Of a stretch of 64,000 nucleotides of DNA, positions 1-22,113 are shown one piece after another. The position numbers and the translations under genes are program-made. The first letter of the stretch is position 1. Each line of letters opens with the position of its first letter. Source of the stretch: the human T2T-CHM13v2.0 reference genome, Homo sapiens. The stretch is taken from assembly GCF_009914755.1 (NCBI RefSeq), contig NC_060936.1; one strand, given 5' to 3'. The notes under the pieces were generated by a model. The model was not told the origin of the DNA. It saw nothing but the letters and a program-made list of their open reading frames with translations, and did not search any database.

Positions 1-787
1 TGCAACATCCTAGCTCCTCCCCAGGATAAAACCATAAGCTCTCCAGGAGTTTCCAGTCTTGTTAATATACTGGGTGCCTTGAACCAAAGCACAGTGCTTT
101 GCCAATAGTAAGTGCCATAAAGTTTGGTTTGTTGAAAAAATGAATTAGTCCATCAATTAATTATTAATGACTAATGGTTAAGCCCTTATACTGGATTACA
201 ACCAGATAAAACTGGTTGAAAGCTAGTTCAACTCCCATTGCATGAGGTAGCACAAGCTAATTGAGATTATTTCAATGTGAGGAATCCAGACTTCTCAAAT
301 TTGGTGTTCAGATTTAGAAAAATTTACATGCAAAATGAGTGTCACCTCCTCAGGGGAAAAAAATGTAGAATCACAGAATCAAGAACTAATCAATCAAGAA
401 TCAATCAATTACAGAATCAAGTTGAAGTTGACTGGACATTTGAGGTCACACAATCTGCCCCGTTCATTGCTGGGATCCCCTCTCCAGCATCTCTGACTTA
501 TATCCCTAATTTTCTGCAAGTTCTGCCCATGGACTGTGAAGTTAGCCCAGGCCTAGAGTGTGGCCACACAGGCTCCTCTCCTCTTTGCTCCCTCAAAGGC
601 AATGAACCAAACCCAGGGCTAGACCAGATCCTCCCCATGACTAAGCATGACCAAAGCTATTTAAATTCTCTGCATTTCAGCATCATTAACCATAAAAGAT
701 GATCAATCATCTCTGACCCTCTAGATCTCACAGGAACATAGCTAGATGAATGAAATATCTGCCAGTGTTTTAAGAAACATATCACAA

Positions 788-1091
788 GGCCAAATGTGGT
801 GGCTCACGCCTGTAACCCCAATACTTTGCAAGGCTGAGGTGGGCAGATTGCTTGAGCCCAGGAGTTTCAGACCAGCCTTGGAAACATGGCAAAACACCAT
901 CTCTATGAAAAAAATACAAAGATTAGCCGGGTGTGGTGTCATGTGCCTGTAGACCCAGGTGCTTGGGAGGCTAAGGTCGGAGGATCGCTTGATCCTGGGA
1001 GGTCAAGGCTGCACTGAGCTATGATTGCACCATGGCACTCCAGCCTGGACAACAGAACAAGACCCTTCTCAACAAAAGAAAAAGAAAAAAG
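788..1091 (+). mobile_element. Alu (J-like)
   Basis: Dimeric Alu with A-rich tail; TSD GAAACATATCACAA at 774-787 and 1092-1105. Confidence 0.92.
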
Positions 1092-2934
1092 GAAACATAT
1101 CACAAAAATTAGACCATATTTTTCCTTATAATATCTAAGAGAGCAGGATGGAGGACCTGCCTTTATGCCAGACAGAAATGAGGCTGCTGCTTGGTCTGGT
1201 GTGGGGTCTAGAGTCCAGGGCAATGAGTCTCTAGGAATTCCTAAACCCATAGTGATTCAGGGTACTTAGTGCCCCAATGGGGGGAGATCTTAGTCATTGC
1301 CAGAGCCCACTGATTCTGAGCCATGCTTGTCATTCCTTTAGAGGGAATTATCTTGGAGAAGAATCTTTGAGAAGCAACATCACAACCACTGCTGTCATCA
1401 GCTAGTCCTGGGTCGGGGACCTCCCCAGCAGATGGTGGAAGAAAAAGGAAGAAGGGCATAATCTATACTTACTCTTGGGGTTGGGATAGCAGAGAAGACA
1501 TGGCTTGACCTTTGAGAGGACAGGGAGCAAAACAAAGATTGGGGAATACATTCGTGGGACTAGAATGTCAATTCTGATCAGAGCTGTGAGTGAAGGAAGT
1601 GGTGGAAGGGGAGGAGATAATCAGTGAGTTGAAATTCTTATTGGTTGGGCCCATCCCTCTAAACTTGTAGGGCCTAATAAACACTTTGAGAAAACAGAGT
1701 TGGTTTACAGTCATCCCCAACACTTGAATTATCTGAAGTTTATTAACTAAGCGCCCTAAGTGTTTACTCCCTGGAGAAAAGAGTGAGTCACTGGATTGCA
1801 ATGTGTAAAATCAGAGACTCATAGGGTGCTATGGCCAGGAGGCTCTCCAGTCCACTCCTCTACCTCGAGGCAGAATTCACCTGGCCACTCCTACTCTTCA
1901 GGATCCCCATGGAAGGCGATTCATCAAATCTCCTAACTTGCCCAGGCCAGCAAGACCCCACCCTGACCCAAGGAAGGTCTTCAAGGATCTAGCTTTCGTG
2001 CCTTCCACTCCATTTCATGGGAGCCTAACTCCTCTTAAAGGATCAGTGAAGTTGTGGTCAGCAGCAGGAGGCCCAGTCACCTGTCCGTCATGGCATGGCA
2101 CCCATACCTCTCTGCTTGTGAAGGCCCCTTTTAACACACAAAAAATTACATTGACCTTCACACATGTCAGAACTCATACTTCCAGTATCCTTTGAGAATA
2201 TACATTTTTTACTATGAATTTAGCAACACTTTTAAATAAAAGTGCAGTTCATAGTCATATACATTTGAAAGTGGTAATACATATACATAAAAAGACACAT
2301 TATTCACTCAGTCGAGAGACACTTGCATCCATGTGCATTCTCAGAATCCTTGCAGTCCTGACACAACAGCAACCCTAACTGGGGCCTCTCAGCCTCAGGT
2401 CTCAAGGTCCTGCCCCTTCCACGGCTGGACACCTGCCCCCAGCTGAGATTCCCCACTGAGCACTGTTACCACCTGTCTTCCCTGCCTTTGTGTCCATCAG
2501 CCTGTGGCCCTGGCAGGCCTTCAGCAGATGGGAACTGAGTTGCGATGAATTTGCTCTTGCCTGGCCTTCCATAGTAAAACACACACACTCCCCTGGTTTC
2601 TGTATCACAACCCTTCCAATATTAGAAAATACTGTGGAATTCACAGACACCAACCTCCCAGTTAGATAGACCCAGTTGTTTCTCCCAGTCCTCAGTACAG
2701 ATGGTTTCCGGGAATCTTCTCTGCACCCACTTTAATATGTTAATGGACCTCTTAAAACTACAGTGCCTTGCTAAGATAGGATACTTAAGGTGGCTTCATG
2801 TGCACCAGAACTAATAAGAAGCCCCTTCCTGTCTGTGATGGGGGCACTGTGCTTCTTTCAATGCAAGCTAAGATTCTGTTCCCTTCTTTAGCTCTTGACT
2901 TCCATCAATCCTGCCTGGGGAGGAGGAATGGTAA

Positions 2935-3305
<371 letters not shown>

Positions 3306-3613
3306 TAACTCACTTCCTTGTCCTGCTGTAAGAATAAACTGAAGGGACAGCATTCACAAAGCACTTACAGAGAAAATAAACATAACAGTAAAAATGAAAA
3401 AAAAAAGGTTTGCCCTGAATAAGCCTCTATTTACATAAGATTCCTCTGCATGGATAAGAGCTGTCCATTTATATTTGTGCTGAATCATGTCTGGCTGGCA
3501 TGCCTGCTCAAACCAGAGGCTTGTACACAGCAGAAATCACAACCTTGTCCTCGCTGGAGAATTCCCAAGAGATCTTAGGAAGTTATTAAACAGTTGTCTT
3601 CAAACAAAAGATA

Positions 3614-3911
3614 GGCCGGGCGTGGTGGCTCAGGCCTGTAATCCCAGGACTTTGGGAGGCCGAGGCGGGCGGATCACGAGGTCAGGAGACTGAGACCATT
3701 CTGGCTAACACGATGAAACCCCATCTCCACTAAAAATACAAAAAATTAGCCAGGAGTGGTGGCGGGCACCTGTAGTCCCAGCTACTCCAGAGGCTGAGGC
3801 AGGAGAATGGCTGAATCCAGGAGGCAGAGATGGCAGTGAGCCGAGATTGCGCCACTGCACTCCAGTCTGGGTGACAGTGAGAGAGTCTGTCTCCAAAAAA
3901 AAAAAAAAAAA
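3614..3911 (+). mobile_element. Alu (Y/Sc-like)
   Basis: GGCCGGGCGTGG start, poly-A tail, TSD AAAAGATA. Confidence 0.92.
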
Positions 3912-5744
3912 GATAGAAGGGGAGGTGAAAAAAGTCATTAAGTGGTCATTTAACCTGGGAAAGGCATTTAAGAGGAAAAATACATTTATTTCTCAATGCA
4001 ATGATTTGAAAAGCATGGATCTCTCTCCACTGAGGAATTTGAGGGGATCCAGTTAGACATAAAGCAAAGGGTACAATCATGGTGAAAATAAGGGGACCAG
4101 GGGACACTGTAAGTAACCCAAGGGGATTTTTAAAATAGCAATTTATAGCCCCTAGCATATGAAAGATGCTCAATAAATATCAAAGGAATGGATGCCAGCG
4201 TGTGGGGTGAGAGACAATTCTGCCAAGAGACAAAGGAATGACAGCAAACCTCTTCATTCCTGGAAACATACCCTCATAGGAAACAAGAGTGGGAAAGGAG
4301 GCATGGCCATGGCAAGGCTTAGCATTACAGCTGCGTGGCAGGGGAGGGAGGTGCAGAGTGGTGGTTCCCAGACTGCAATTCAAAGCACATCATGGGCCTC
4401 CAGGCCACACCCTGAGAGCAGGTGGCCCAGAGCTACCTCCTCATCCATTTCTGAGCTTAATCTCTCAGACACGCCTTGTTCTGAGCTTGTCTAGTCTTAG
4501 AACATAAAGCCCAAACCCCAAACAAATTGGACAATGGGCCAACCCATGCCCTCCACATCCTGGCCTCAACCTTGCTCTCTAGCGTCCTCTCCCACCACTC
4601 CCTGCCCTGTCTTGAGTGATGCTAAGCTGCTTTTGGTTTGGTACTGCACTGAGCCACACTTCCCTGTCTTTACTCTGCAATTCTTGCTGCCTAGAGCACC
4701 CTGTTCCCCTGCACCCCTCTCGCAAGCTCCAGGTCCACACCCCTTTTACATGGCTGGCTTCACAGCTGTCACCTCCTCCAGGGAGACTTCCTTGAATCCC
4801 TGGCAAAAGCAAATGATTCTCCCTTAGGCTTCCAGAGTCTCAGTGCTTGCATACACCATTGCTTTTAACATTTTCCTGAAAGTATGGAAAATGTGTATTT
4901 AATGTGTCTACACTCCCCACACTCACTCACCATTTTCACATTAAACTCTGCCCTTCTCAAGGGTGAGGACCACGCTGCAATAAGCTTTATATCCTCATGG
5001 CCCTACACAGAGTCTGACACAATGTAGGTGCTCAACAATGCTTCTCGAACTGAAGCAACTGCCCCTGCCGTGCTCTTGGGTGGTGGATTCACAGGAGAAG
5101 GAGCTACCAGCCCGATGGGAGAAATGCTGCAGCTTCACAGGACATGACACAGAAAAAGGAGTGTGACCAAAATCCAGTATGAGGAGGCCTAAGGGAGACA
5201 GAACAGCAGGATATTCCAAAGGGGTGGAGCCACTCCTAGAAGACTTCTAGACGAAAGGACTCCTCTTAGGTATCAGAATCTTGCCCTCTGTAAGAAGAGC
5301 ACCTGCCCTGTCTCTAGCATCTAGGGCCTGCTTCTTCCTCAAGACCCCACTTCAATACCGCCTCCTGCATGAAGCCTCCTGTGATTGCCAACCCCTCACT
5401 CTAGACTAGAAGTAATTTTGCTACCCTCTGGACTGTCATGTCCTTCATTTGTAACTTCCAAAGGCATTCATCTGTCTGTCTGGTTACCAAGTTCTTTATG
5501 TGCATGCTTTTATCTAGACATTATCATCTGTATTAAAAGCTCCTTGAAAACAGAGTCTAATTCTTCTTTGTATAATGGGTCCCCATTGCCCAGCACAAAC
5601 TAGGCACTTGGTAAACATTGTTCAATTAACATTTGTTAAACAGCTACTATATGGCAAGCACAGTGGCCCTGGAATGTCAAGATGAATAAAGTCATGGTTC
5701 CTGCCCATAAATAATTTATAGACTAGTGGTTTGTTGAGTAAATG

Positions 5745-5866
5745 AGTGAATGGCTGGGTGGATGGATGGATGAATAGATGGATGATGGATGGATCATAGA
5801 TGGATGGATGGATGGATGGATGGATGGATGGACGGATGGATGAGTAGATGGGTGAATGGGTGGATG
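5745..5866. repeat. (TGGA)n simple repeat next to an L2-like remnant
   Basis: Imperfect GGAT/GAAT tandem array. Confidence 0.85.
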
Positions 5867-7032
5867 GCAAATGACAGTCCAAACACTTTCTCCAGAAAAT
5901 GTCTTCCCAGCTTATCTAGCTTCTCACCCACTTTCTCGAATTTTTAAGGATCAAATCCACAACACTCAAAGTAAAAAAACTGCAGATGCAGAACAATCCT
6001 ACCTTGACCCAAAGCCAAACCAGAAAACCATGGGCAGCAATGAGCCTGAGTCCTGGGGCTCCCACCACCAAGACCCTTCATGGCCACAACTCTACACTCC
6101 CAGCCCTCTTAGTGGAATAACAAGATGACTGTTCAGACCCTACCATCAACACGGGAAAAAAAATGGAACAGGTGCTAAAATGGCTTTTTTCCTTTCAGCC
6201 TGCTCCCTCCCTTTGTCCCTCGTTGGCCCACTGTTACCATGTCCTGAGGGCCCACAAAGGGGGCACAGCCCCCTCAACTATTTCCCCACGTAGCTGTCTC
6301 ACTAAACCCTGAACATCCACCCAAGACATGGGAGCAGCCATGCCTTATTCTGAGGTCCTCTGGTCTTAGAACACAAAGCCTGGGCCCCGTCAGCAAGTTA
6401 AAACAAAACCCCACAGTGGGACATGAAATAAGCCCCTCTTTGCTATAACCTTCTGGGTTTACTAGCAACGAGGTAGGGAGACTTCAGAAGTATTGGTGAG
6501 AACTTTCTGGAACTGAGAGGGCTGAACCCAGAGCGGAGGGTCTTGGTGAGGTGGGAGGGATCTATGCAAACATAGCAGTTGTTCAGGAGTTGACAGGTGC
6601 CTGAGCCAAAGTGATGGTGGGGCTGCAGCCAGGGCTGGGAGCCAAGATCTTGGGGAATGGAGTCAGGGCAGATGAGCCAAATAAACCAAGTTAGAGATTT
6701 GCCAACCTGCAGTTGGGCTCTTCAGATGTGAAAAGTGATTTCCGTATACTTAGAGGTAAAGGATTTAAAAGAAAAGGGAGAGCATGGGGCCTCCAACGGG
6801 GCAAATAATGCAAGCCATGTCTCCCTGTTTCCTAAGCACTAGGAGCTGGCCAGAATCCAATTCGAAGGATCAGAGAGAAGGGTGGTGTCTATTATCTCAG
6901 CAGTATATTTACCCCAAATAATCCCCTCTGACTAGCCAGCCAGTTTCAAACATATGAATCAAGGCCAGGATCCACTCTCCTGGACTGTTCTAGAAACAGA
7001 GACCAACATGAGGGCTTTTCCTTTTTATGTAA

Positions 7033-7329
<297 letters not shown>

Positions 7330-9022
7330 TAAGAGACTTTTTATATAAATAAGAAACACTGACACATTCACATAGCCATGTGCCTATGAATACAAACACA
7401 TTTATTCTAAGATGCACATACACGCGTATAATCTACGGCCTGACCTTGCAGTGTAAATCACTGAGTTCAACCAAAGAGATGCTGAGAGGCACGGAGGGCT
7501 GCTCAGGCTGGCTGCTCCCACACTCAGGGGGCATGAGAAATGCTTTAACCTGCCCCTTGCCTCTCTGTGAGGCCCAACACAACCTGCAGCCTCCTGGTGG
7601 GTGAACCTGAGAAGCTCCACCCCTAGTTCCAACCTTTAACTCCTCCTCACCACTCCCAGAAACTCAAAAAAAAAAAAAAAAAAGAGCCCATCTGCATTTT
7701 GCCAGGGGAGGAGTGCAGCCCTTGGAAGAAGCCAAAGCCACCAAATGCAGCTGCAGAGACTTCCTGTTCTGACACATGGGGCTCAATGAGCCCTAAGACA
7801 ATGGGGATATTAGGGCCAGGCTGATGAAGGACAGAGCCCAGGTTGCTCCTGGCAAAGTCCCCTGCCCAGAGAGCACAAGCCCCTGAGATTAACCCTTTGC
7901 TACTCTGTCCCCGCTTTCCCAAAGGCAGAACAACCCTGAGCCTACCTTGGATCTGCACGAGACTCCCATGGGCAAGGACTGGTCTTGGGCAAACGACGTG
8001 CCTTTCTGCCTGCACACCATGAGGCCCCATGGACACAGGGCTGGAGGAACTGGAGTCTGAATGAACTCTGCGGCAGTCAAGGGTGGGAGGCACAGTAGGG
8101 TGGCCAAGGCAGAGAGTGCATTCTGCATCTGCAGCAAACTGATTCGAGTCAGACTGCAGAGCAGGAGCTGGGAAATCTTTGGAAGAGGGGAGACTGTGCT
8201 GCTCCAGGTACTTGGAATTGGTCCAATATAGAAAAAGGGTGTCCCCAAATCTACCCAGACCCCCACCTCTGACTGTCCTCTCCCCGCTTCTGTAATTAGA
8301 CAGCTCCCTCCACTCCTGCTCCAGAAGACCTGCTCCACCTCCAACATTCTTCGCCACTCAGGGACAGCACCACAGACATAACCCCAGGCACCCCTGAGGA
8401 GCTGGGGAAGTGAGCAGCTCATGAAAACTCTAGGAGAATGACACACATGCACACCTCCCTCCAACAACCGTGACCTTGTTGATTCTTGGAACAGGTTCCT
8501 GAAAGCCTTGTTGGGCCAGTGAGATTTAGCCCCATGCATGGAATTTCATGAAAATAGGGAGGCCTTGCTAGACACAGAGTATAAGCACTCTCATAAGCTC
8601 CATAACTTCTTGCTCTATATTCAGCAGAGACCCCTGGCCTGCTTCTCTCACACCTATCAAATGCCCCCCACCTGCAGACTTAAACCCCTTCCCTCCAGGT
8701 TTATTCCAGGATCAGCATTGAAATGGTGCTACCCCAGGGTGCCCTACAATGGACAATGTGTGTATAATTGTTGGATGCCCCTTCAATCTGTACAACTGCC
8801 CTGTAGGCAACCTTCAGCCTCTGTACACTGTACTTCTCCCCCAATAATTTGAGTAACTTAGAAGTAGAGACCTGAGAAACTAGTCGATGACCCAGATCTG
8901 TATAAACAGATCCTTCACACCCGCAAGCATACACCTTCACCAAAATTATCTAGTTATACAGGATTCTAGAGACCTCTCCCCAGGGAAAAAAGACCATTGC
9001 TCAGAATGAATGACAAAAGCAT

Positions 9023-9028
9023 TTTATT
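9023..9028 (-). terminator. KRT4 polyadenylation signal AATAAA
   Basis: AATAAA about 500 nt past the stop, followed by U-rich sequence. Confidence 0.8.
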
Positions 9029-9526
9029 GAAGATTCACCTGCAGATGGATAAGAGGGAATGAGAGGAGTAGAATGGGACACTAAGTGGTTCTCATCCTAA
9101 GCTTGCAGGGCCAAGTGCTGCCGGGTGTTGGAGAAGTAGTTTGGTTCTGATGTAGATGGATAATACAGGATCTAGTGGGAGATGGCATTGGACTGGGAAG
9201 GGACATATGTGACCCCAATAATTCTGGAGATGACACTCCTGGTCATTTTCTTCTCTGTCCATGGGAGGTGAGAGGTCAGCTGACATCCTTCCCATTCCAG
9301 GTGGGTCACCAGGCCCAAATCAAGAAGTAGCTACCAAACTCCAAGAGGCAGAGTCCCTGTCCCAGCACAGAAGATCATCCTGGGGCAGAGAGAGCCCATG
9401 GGATAGTGGAGGGGATACTAGTAAGATGAGCCCCAGAGACAGAGGATGGAGGTGAAGTGAAGGAAGCACAGAGACACCAGTGCTGGGCCCAGCTGGACAC
9501 AGTGAGCTGCAGGGACCTCGTCTCCT

Positions 9527-16516
<6,990 letters not shown>

Positions 16517-16597
16517 GGCTGCAGAGAGCGAGCTGGGAGCTATCAGAGAAGTGACAGGGCCCAGGCCGGTGAGTGCTGGAGCCCTCAGCCTTCGTCT

Positions 16598-16605
16598 CTT
16601 ATATG
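16598..16605 (-). promoter_or_regulatory. KRT4 TATA box (CATATAAG)
   Basis: TATAA on the minus strand about 85 nt upstream of the ATG, which sits in good context (GCAGCCATG). Implies a TSS near 16570. Confidence 0.75.
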
Positions 16606-16720
16606 TCCTGGAGCAGCAGGGCTTGGTTGCAGGGGCATAAAGGGAAAAATCTGAAACATCTCTGGGCTTGGCCCTTGGCACAAGCCCATCCTTCCCGCAC
16701 CCGTTGAGCATGTCACTAAA

Positions 16721-16856
16721 CACACCTACAGAAGTCATCTGGAGGGCACAGGTTACTGGATCCCATCACACTACTCTCTGGGAGAACCTGAACTGGTGCC
16801 CCAGGGCTTCCTAATCAGAAGCCCCTGCCTGGGCCCAGCGCTCCAGGCCCACACCC
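16721..16856. promoter_or_regulatory. KRT4 proximal promoter KLF/CACCC-type elements
   Basis: CACACCT at 16721-16727 (about -150, inverted relative to the gene) and CCCACACCC at 16848-16856. KLF/Sp-family motifs are typical of squamous keratin promoters. Confidence 0.5.
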
Positions 16857-17528
16857 ACTGTACCTCCATCTCGCTAGGCTCACAGCACCTCCCTCCTCCA
16901 GAAAAGACACCCCATCACCCATCCTCTCACCCCACAGAATGTGGAGTTAGACAGCCTGAGTTTGAGCGCACAGCCTGCCACCTCCTAGCTCTGCAAACCG
17001 GAGCAAGTCACCCTCTGAGGCCCAGTTGCTTTCCCTGTAAATTGGAAGTAATACAAATATTTGCCTTGCCACTTCTCAGGATAGAGTGAGCTAGTGATTA
17101 ATGGAGTGCTCTGTAAACTGTCAAAAGCCACATGTATATTTGTCATTCTTAGCATTCTTATTCCTCCACATGTTCTTGGCTCCATGTACCTATAAAAAGG
17201 GGAAATATTCTGTATTCCAGCCTTAGCCTTCCAACCTAGATCCAGATTCACTTCAACTTGGCCAACAGCTACTGAGAAACTGCCAGGCATGGAGCTAGGT
17301 ACTAAGGAGATGGGGGAAGACAAAACACCTCCCCAAAGAAAACCGTGACTGTCTTTCTCAGCCCTGGGTACCCATGCTGCCCCGCAGGCCTCCCTTCAAT
17401 CTGTGCTTGCACAATTCTAGATGGGCGTTCTCCAGCGGGGTCTGGTGGTGTGCACTCTGCTGCTCCATTTGCTGTCCAGTTGTTTGCTAGGTGTGTTCTG
17501 GTTTTCTGTAATGGTGCAGAATTCAGGG

Positions 17529-17622
17529 CAGGAGTTCATAACTTTTTTGCTGCTGGGGATCCCTTTGGCAGAATGATGAAACCTATGGATCCCTTCTCAG
17601 AGCAATGTTTTTAAATGCAAAA
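17529..17622. mobile_element. hAT-Charlie-type DNA transposon fragment
   Basis: CAGGAGTTCATAACTTTT terminal-like sequence and GATCCCTTCTCAGA..AATGTTTTTAAATGCA; subfamily not resolved. Confidence 0.45.
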
Positions 17623-17750
17623 TCCTAGTTTTAAGCCATAACTTAAATTCTTCCCAACTGAACAGTAACAGATCTGTGTTCAAATCCCTCCTGTTGCCAC
17701 TAACTAGCTGTATAACCTTGGGTGGGCCAACTAAGCACTCTAAACCCATC

Positions 17751-18113
17751 CAATATGGTTTGGCTCTGTGTCCCCACCCAAATCTCATCTTGAATTGTAC
17801 TCCCATATTTCCCACACATTGTGGGAGGGCCCCGGTGGGAGATGATTGAATTATGGGGGCGGTTTCCCCCATACTGTTCTTGTGGTAGTGAATAAGTCTC
17901 ACGAGATCTGATGTTTAATAAGGAAAAACCCATTTTGCTTGGCTTTCATTCTCTCTCTTGCCACCACCATGTAACAAGTGCCTTTTGCTTTCTGCCATGA
18001 TTGCGAGGCCTCCCCAGCCACATGGAACTGTTAAGTCCAATAAATCTCTTTCTTTTGTAAATTGCTCAGACTCAGGTATGTCTTTATCAGCAGCGTAATA
18101 ATGGCCTAATACA
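17751..18113 (+). mobile_element. THE1 (ERVL-MaLR) solo LTR
   Basis: ATATGGTTTGGCTCTGTGTCCCCACCCAAATCTCATCTTGAATTGTA ... CTAATACA, 363 bp, perfect 5-bp TSD CCATC (17746-17750 and 18114-18118); appears inserted into a MIR. Confidence 0.92.
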
Positions 18114-18923
18114 CCATCCAATCCATCTTCTCATCTACCAAATGGGACACCTGCCTCACAAGGAATTAGACAATGTCCCCATGGTGCCTGGCATATAGGA
18201 GGTCAGCAGGCATTCATTCTCTTCTTTCCCAGGCTTTGCCATTGCCATTTACAGGGAGAAATCTGGTGTGTTTGTTCTCCCTCCTTTCCTCAATTCCTCA
18301 TAGATGAAATGACCCCAGGTCTGAGGAAGAGCAGTCACCAGCACCTGGATAATCCCACAGACCCAAGCTGCCCCTAGCTGAATGAAAGCTGGCCAGGGAG
18401 AGAGTGAACGGCTGCCTCCATGCACAGAGAGAGGGCAGGGGCCAGTGCTGAGGACAGAGTGGTCAGGAGATCCCACCCCAGACGCAGGGCTGCAGGGAAG
18501 GCCAGGCTGGCTGGGAGTTCAGCCAGCTCCTTCTCCAGCCACTTCCTCCCTTGTCCCCATTCCCCCAACCCCTCCCTCCCCTACCTCGGGTCTGTCTCTG
18601 CCAAGATGGCCTCTAAGTAAGTGGAGAGGGGGTGGAGGGGCTGTGGCCATGAGGACTGGAGGCCCCAGGCCCCATCACAGGAGAATGCCCGCGTCATGGG
18701 TCAGTCCACCTGCAGTAGGTGAGCATTCTAGAGCCAGAACCATCTCCTAGAAGGAAGGGGTTGGACTTTCACTGATCCTTTCTGCCCAGATTCACCAAGC
18801 GCCGACTTCGTGCCAAGCTCTGTGCTGGATGCTTTACCTACATTTGATCAACTAGTCTACTTAGAGGCTCTATGGAGTCAGCACCATTAGCCTTCCTTAC
18901 AGAAACTCAGAGAAGTAAAGTAG

Positions 18924-19332
<409 letters not shown>

Positions 19333-21829
19333 CAAAGGCTCCATATTCTATAGCCTCTCACTCACACTGTTCTGCCTGGTATAAAGCCACTCTGTCTAAA
19401 TTGTGTCACAACCAATCCAGAATGTGCACCCAAATAAATCTGATGGAACTGACTGTTCGGGTCAAAGGGGCTCTGGGGGCACTAGCATCCCAGGGTCTAT
19501 CGATTTCCACTGTTGCTCCTAAGGTGGGCATGGCTTGGAAGGAGGGTGGGAGCTACTGCAGGTCTTTGCGGGCTGCAGCTGCAGGAGCTGAGGAGACATG
19601 TGAGCCTCCCACTTGGGAAGCTGAGGTCCAATTGACTGGTTACCTGCCCCAGAGGACATGGCAGGGCCATCAGGATCTCACCCTGAGTGATGGCTGGAGC
19701 TCACCCCCCGGCTGCCTCACCTCAGCCTCTGCACCTGCCGTTCACTGCTTTCTTCTCTGGTAGCCCCTGGGATTTGATGGGGACTATCACAGGCCGGGGT
19801 AGGCTTTGCCTGAGCACAAGTGAATCCCTGAGATGGCTCATAGTGTGCTTATTGGGTCTTTTACTCTATGGCTGTAACACTCCAACACTAGGAGAAAATG
19901 GCATGGGTTCACTGCCCCTAGAGTTGTGTCTACTGCTTAGAACAAAAAGCAAGCCAGGAGCCAAGGGGATTTTCAGGGAAACAATATAGAATATGTAATC
20001 AGTCTTATTTTGTGCCTGTGGGGCACCCAAACCATGGAGCTACGATTGAGGTACTTCTCATGAAGGTGACTTGAGGTGTGCCATCGCTGATACAAGAAGG
20101 AAGATGAAGGAAAGGCAGCGGTGCCTCTTGGGTAGAAGGGATTCTCTCTTGGAACTACTGTTATATGCTGAACACTAGGTGCTTCTTCCAACAACCCAGT
20201 CAAAGAGGTGCTTTGCTATGTCCAGTTTGGAGCTGCAGATATTGAGGCTCAGAGGGGTATGTAACTTGCCTGAGATCACACAGCCAGGAAGTGGTAGAGA
20301 TAGGAAGTCAGTACTATCTGTCTGACTTCAAAGCTTGTGACCTTACAATGTATAAAACGGTAGGTATAATGTTTTATATGAGTGACTGGCCCACACAGAA
20401 TATGCAGGGAAAAAAATACACAGCAACTTATACAGCCCTGTACCTCATGGTCCACCAAGACAGCCATGGGGTCTGGCCAGCAGGCTGCAAGCTCTGCAGA
20501 TGCAGCTCCGCTCCTTTTTGTCCTTACCCTCAGCACATGGTCAGTTGCTTGGTTGATGTGGCCCTGTCCTTACAAGTACCCAATAAGGTATGACACTGTC
20601 CTGAGGGGCCAGTTTTGTATCCTCCAATTAACTAAATCCAAATTAATTTCATGACAAACCCTACCATAAACCCAATCCAAACAAGAAGAAAGTTCTAGTC
20701 TAGAGCCACATTCTGTGTCCTTATTATTAAATCAGAATTGCAAGAAGCTCACAAAATCTTCAAACTGAGCCTGAGAAACCGAAGGTAGACCTAAGGAAGA
20801 ACTTCCTATGCAAGAGCGCCTTTACACCCTAGAGTGAGAGAGAAAGAGAGATGAGTTTCTTTCCCTGAAAACGGGAAAGACATTGCCTTCATATGTGGGC
20901 CAGAGGCAGGTGGCTGAACAAGGCGCCACTACCCAGCAGCCACAGCTGAAAGCTTGTCCCCTGCCCCTCCCCAGACCTCCACACGCAGATTCTGCTACTG
21001 CCCTCGGTGACCCTTCCTTGTTTGGCAGCTGTTCCCAATCTTTTCACAGAGGGATGAGCAGCCGACAGGGGTGTGGAGCCAGGCGGAGGGAGTGTTTGCT
21101 CAGGGCTTTCTGGGTAAGGGAGGCAAGCCCTTACATTCAGCCCTGGGATTAAGGGATCCTGAGGGCTTCTGTCACTCTCATCTCCAAACCCACTGTGTGG
21201 TGTGGGAAAGTGCTCCTGCCCTCCCTGGCCAGGCGGGCACCCTCACTCCATTCGGTCACCCAACCTCAACTGCCCCACCGGGCCTGAGTCATTCTTGGGG
21301 AACCAGAGACAACACGGGGATCAGAGATTCTGCAGAAAAGGGCCATCAGCGTTTTAGGGAGAGGCCAGTGAGGGCAATGAGAGGACGGGCACTCCTGAGA
21401 GCCAGGTATGGGGGTCTGTACCCAGGGGCTCCTCTTTCCCCGGGCCGGAGAGCTGCCCCTGCTGGCCTCCTACCCCAGGCATATACAGGCAGGGGCTTCC
21501 CAGCATGTTCTGGCAGCAAAAGCACCCTCATAAACAAAATCACGTGCACAGCCTCATGAGTAAAACAGATAAGGAGAGATGATCCAGTTGGTGCAGAGGA
21601 GGGACCATGATCCTTCCCACCTGCTGACCTCCCCCTGCACCCCTGAAAGCAGCCCTTAGGGTCCTCAGTTTGGAAACCCCTGGGTCTGGGCCATTCCCCT
21701 CCTTCGACAAGTATGTCTAAGCAGCACATTATTGTTGGTGGGCCCCCCTGGGCTGCAGTATAATCTCTGAGGCTTTTTTCCATGACAATCAAAAGTTTCT
21801 ATTGTTCAGTTTTTGAGCCCTAAATATAA

Positions 21830-22113
21830 TTTTTTTGAGACAGGGTCTCCCTCTGTCACCCAGGCTGGAGTGCAATGGTGCAATCACAGCTCACCGCAGC
21901 CTCAACAGCCTCAAGTGATCCTCCCACCTCAGCCTCCCAAGTAGCTGGGACTACAGGTATGCATTATCAAACCCAGCTAATTTTTGTATTTTTTTGTAGA
22001 GGCAGAGTCTCACCATGTTGCCAGGCTTGTCTTGAACTCCTGGGCTCAAGTGATCCACCTGCCTCAGCCTCCCAAAGTGCTGGAATTACAGGCAGGAGCC
22101 ACAACACCTGGCC
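21830..22113 (-). mobile_element. Alu (J-like)
   Basis: Reverse Alu consensus. Confidence 0.9.

Noticed and set aside
1425-1438. CTCF-like CCAGCAGATGGTGG (and CCACTGGATGGCA near 28646)
   Set aside because: Imperfect matches; cannot be called without ChIP data.
7647-8539. Two overlapping minus-strand ORFs of 236 and 216 aa downstream of the KRT4 poly(A) site
   Set aside because: No recognisable domain, one starts at GTG, no promoter or splice structure; compatible with chance in GC-rich DNA. PhyloCSF or Ribo-seq would be needed to revive them.
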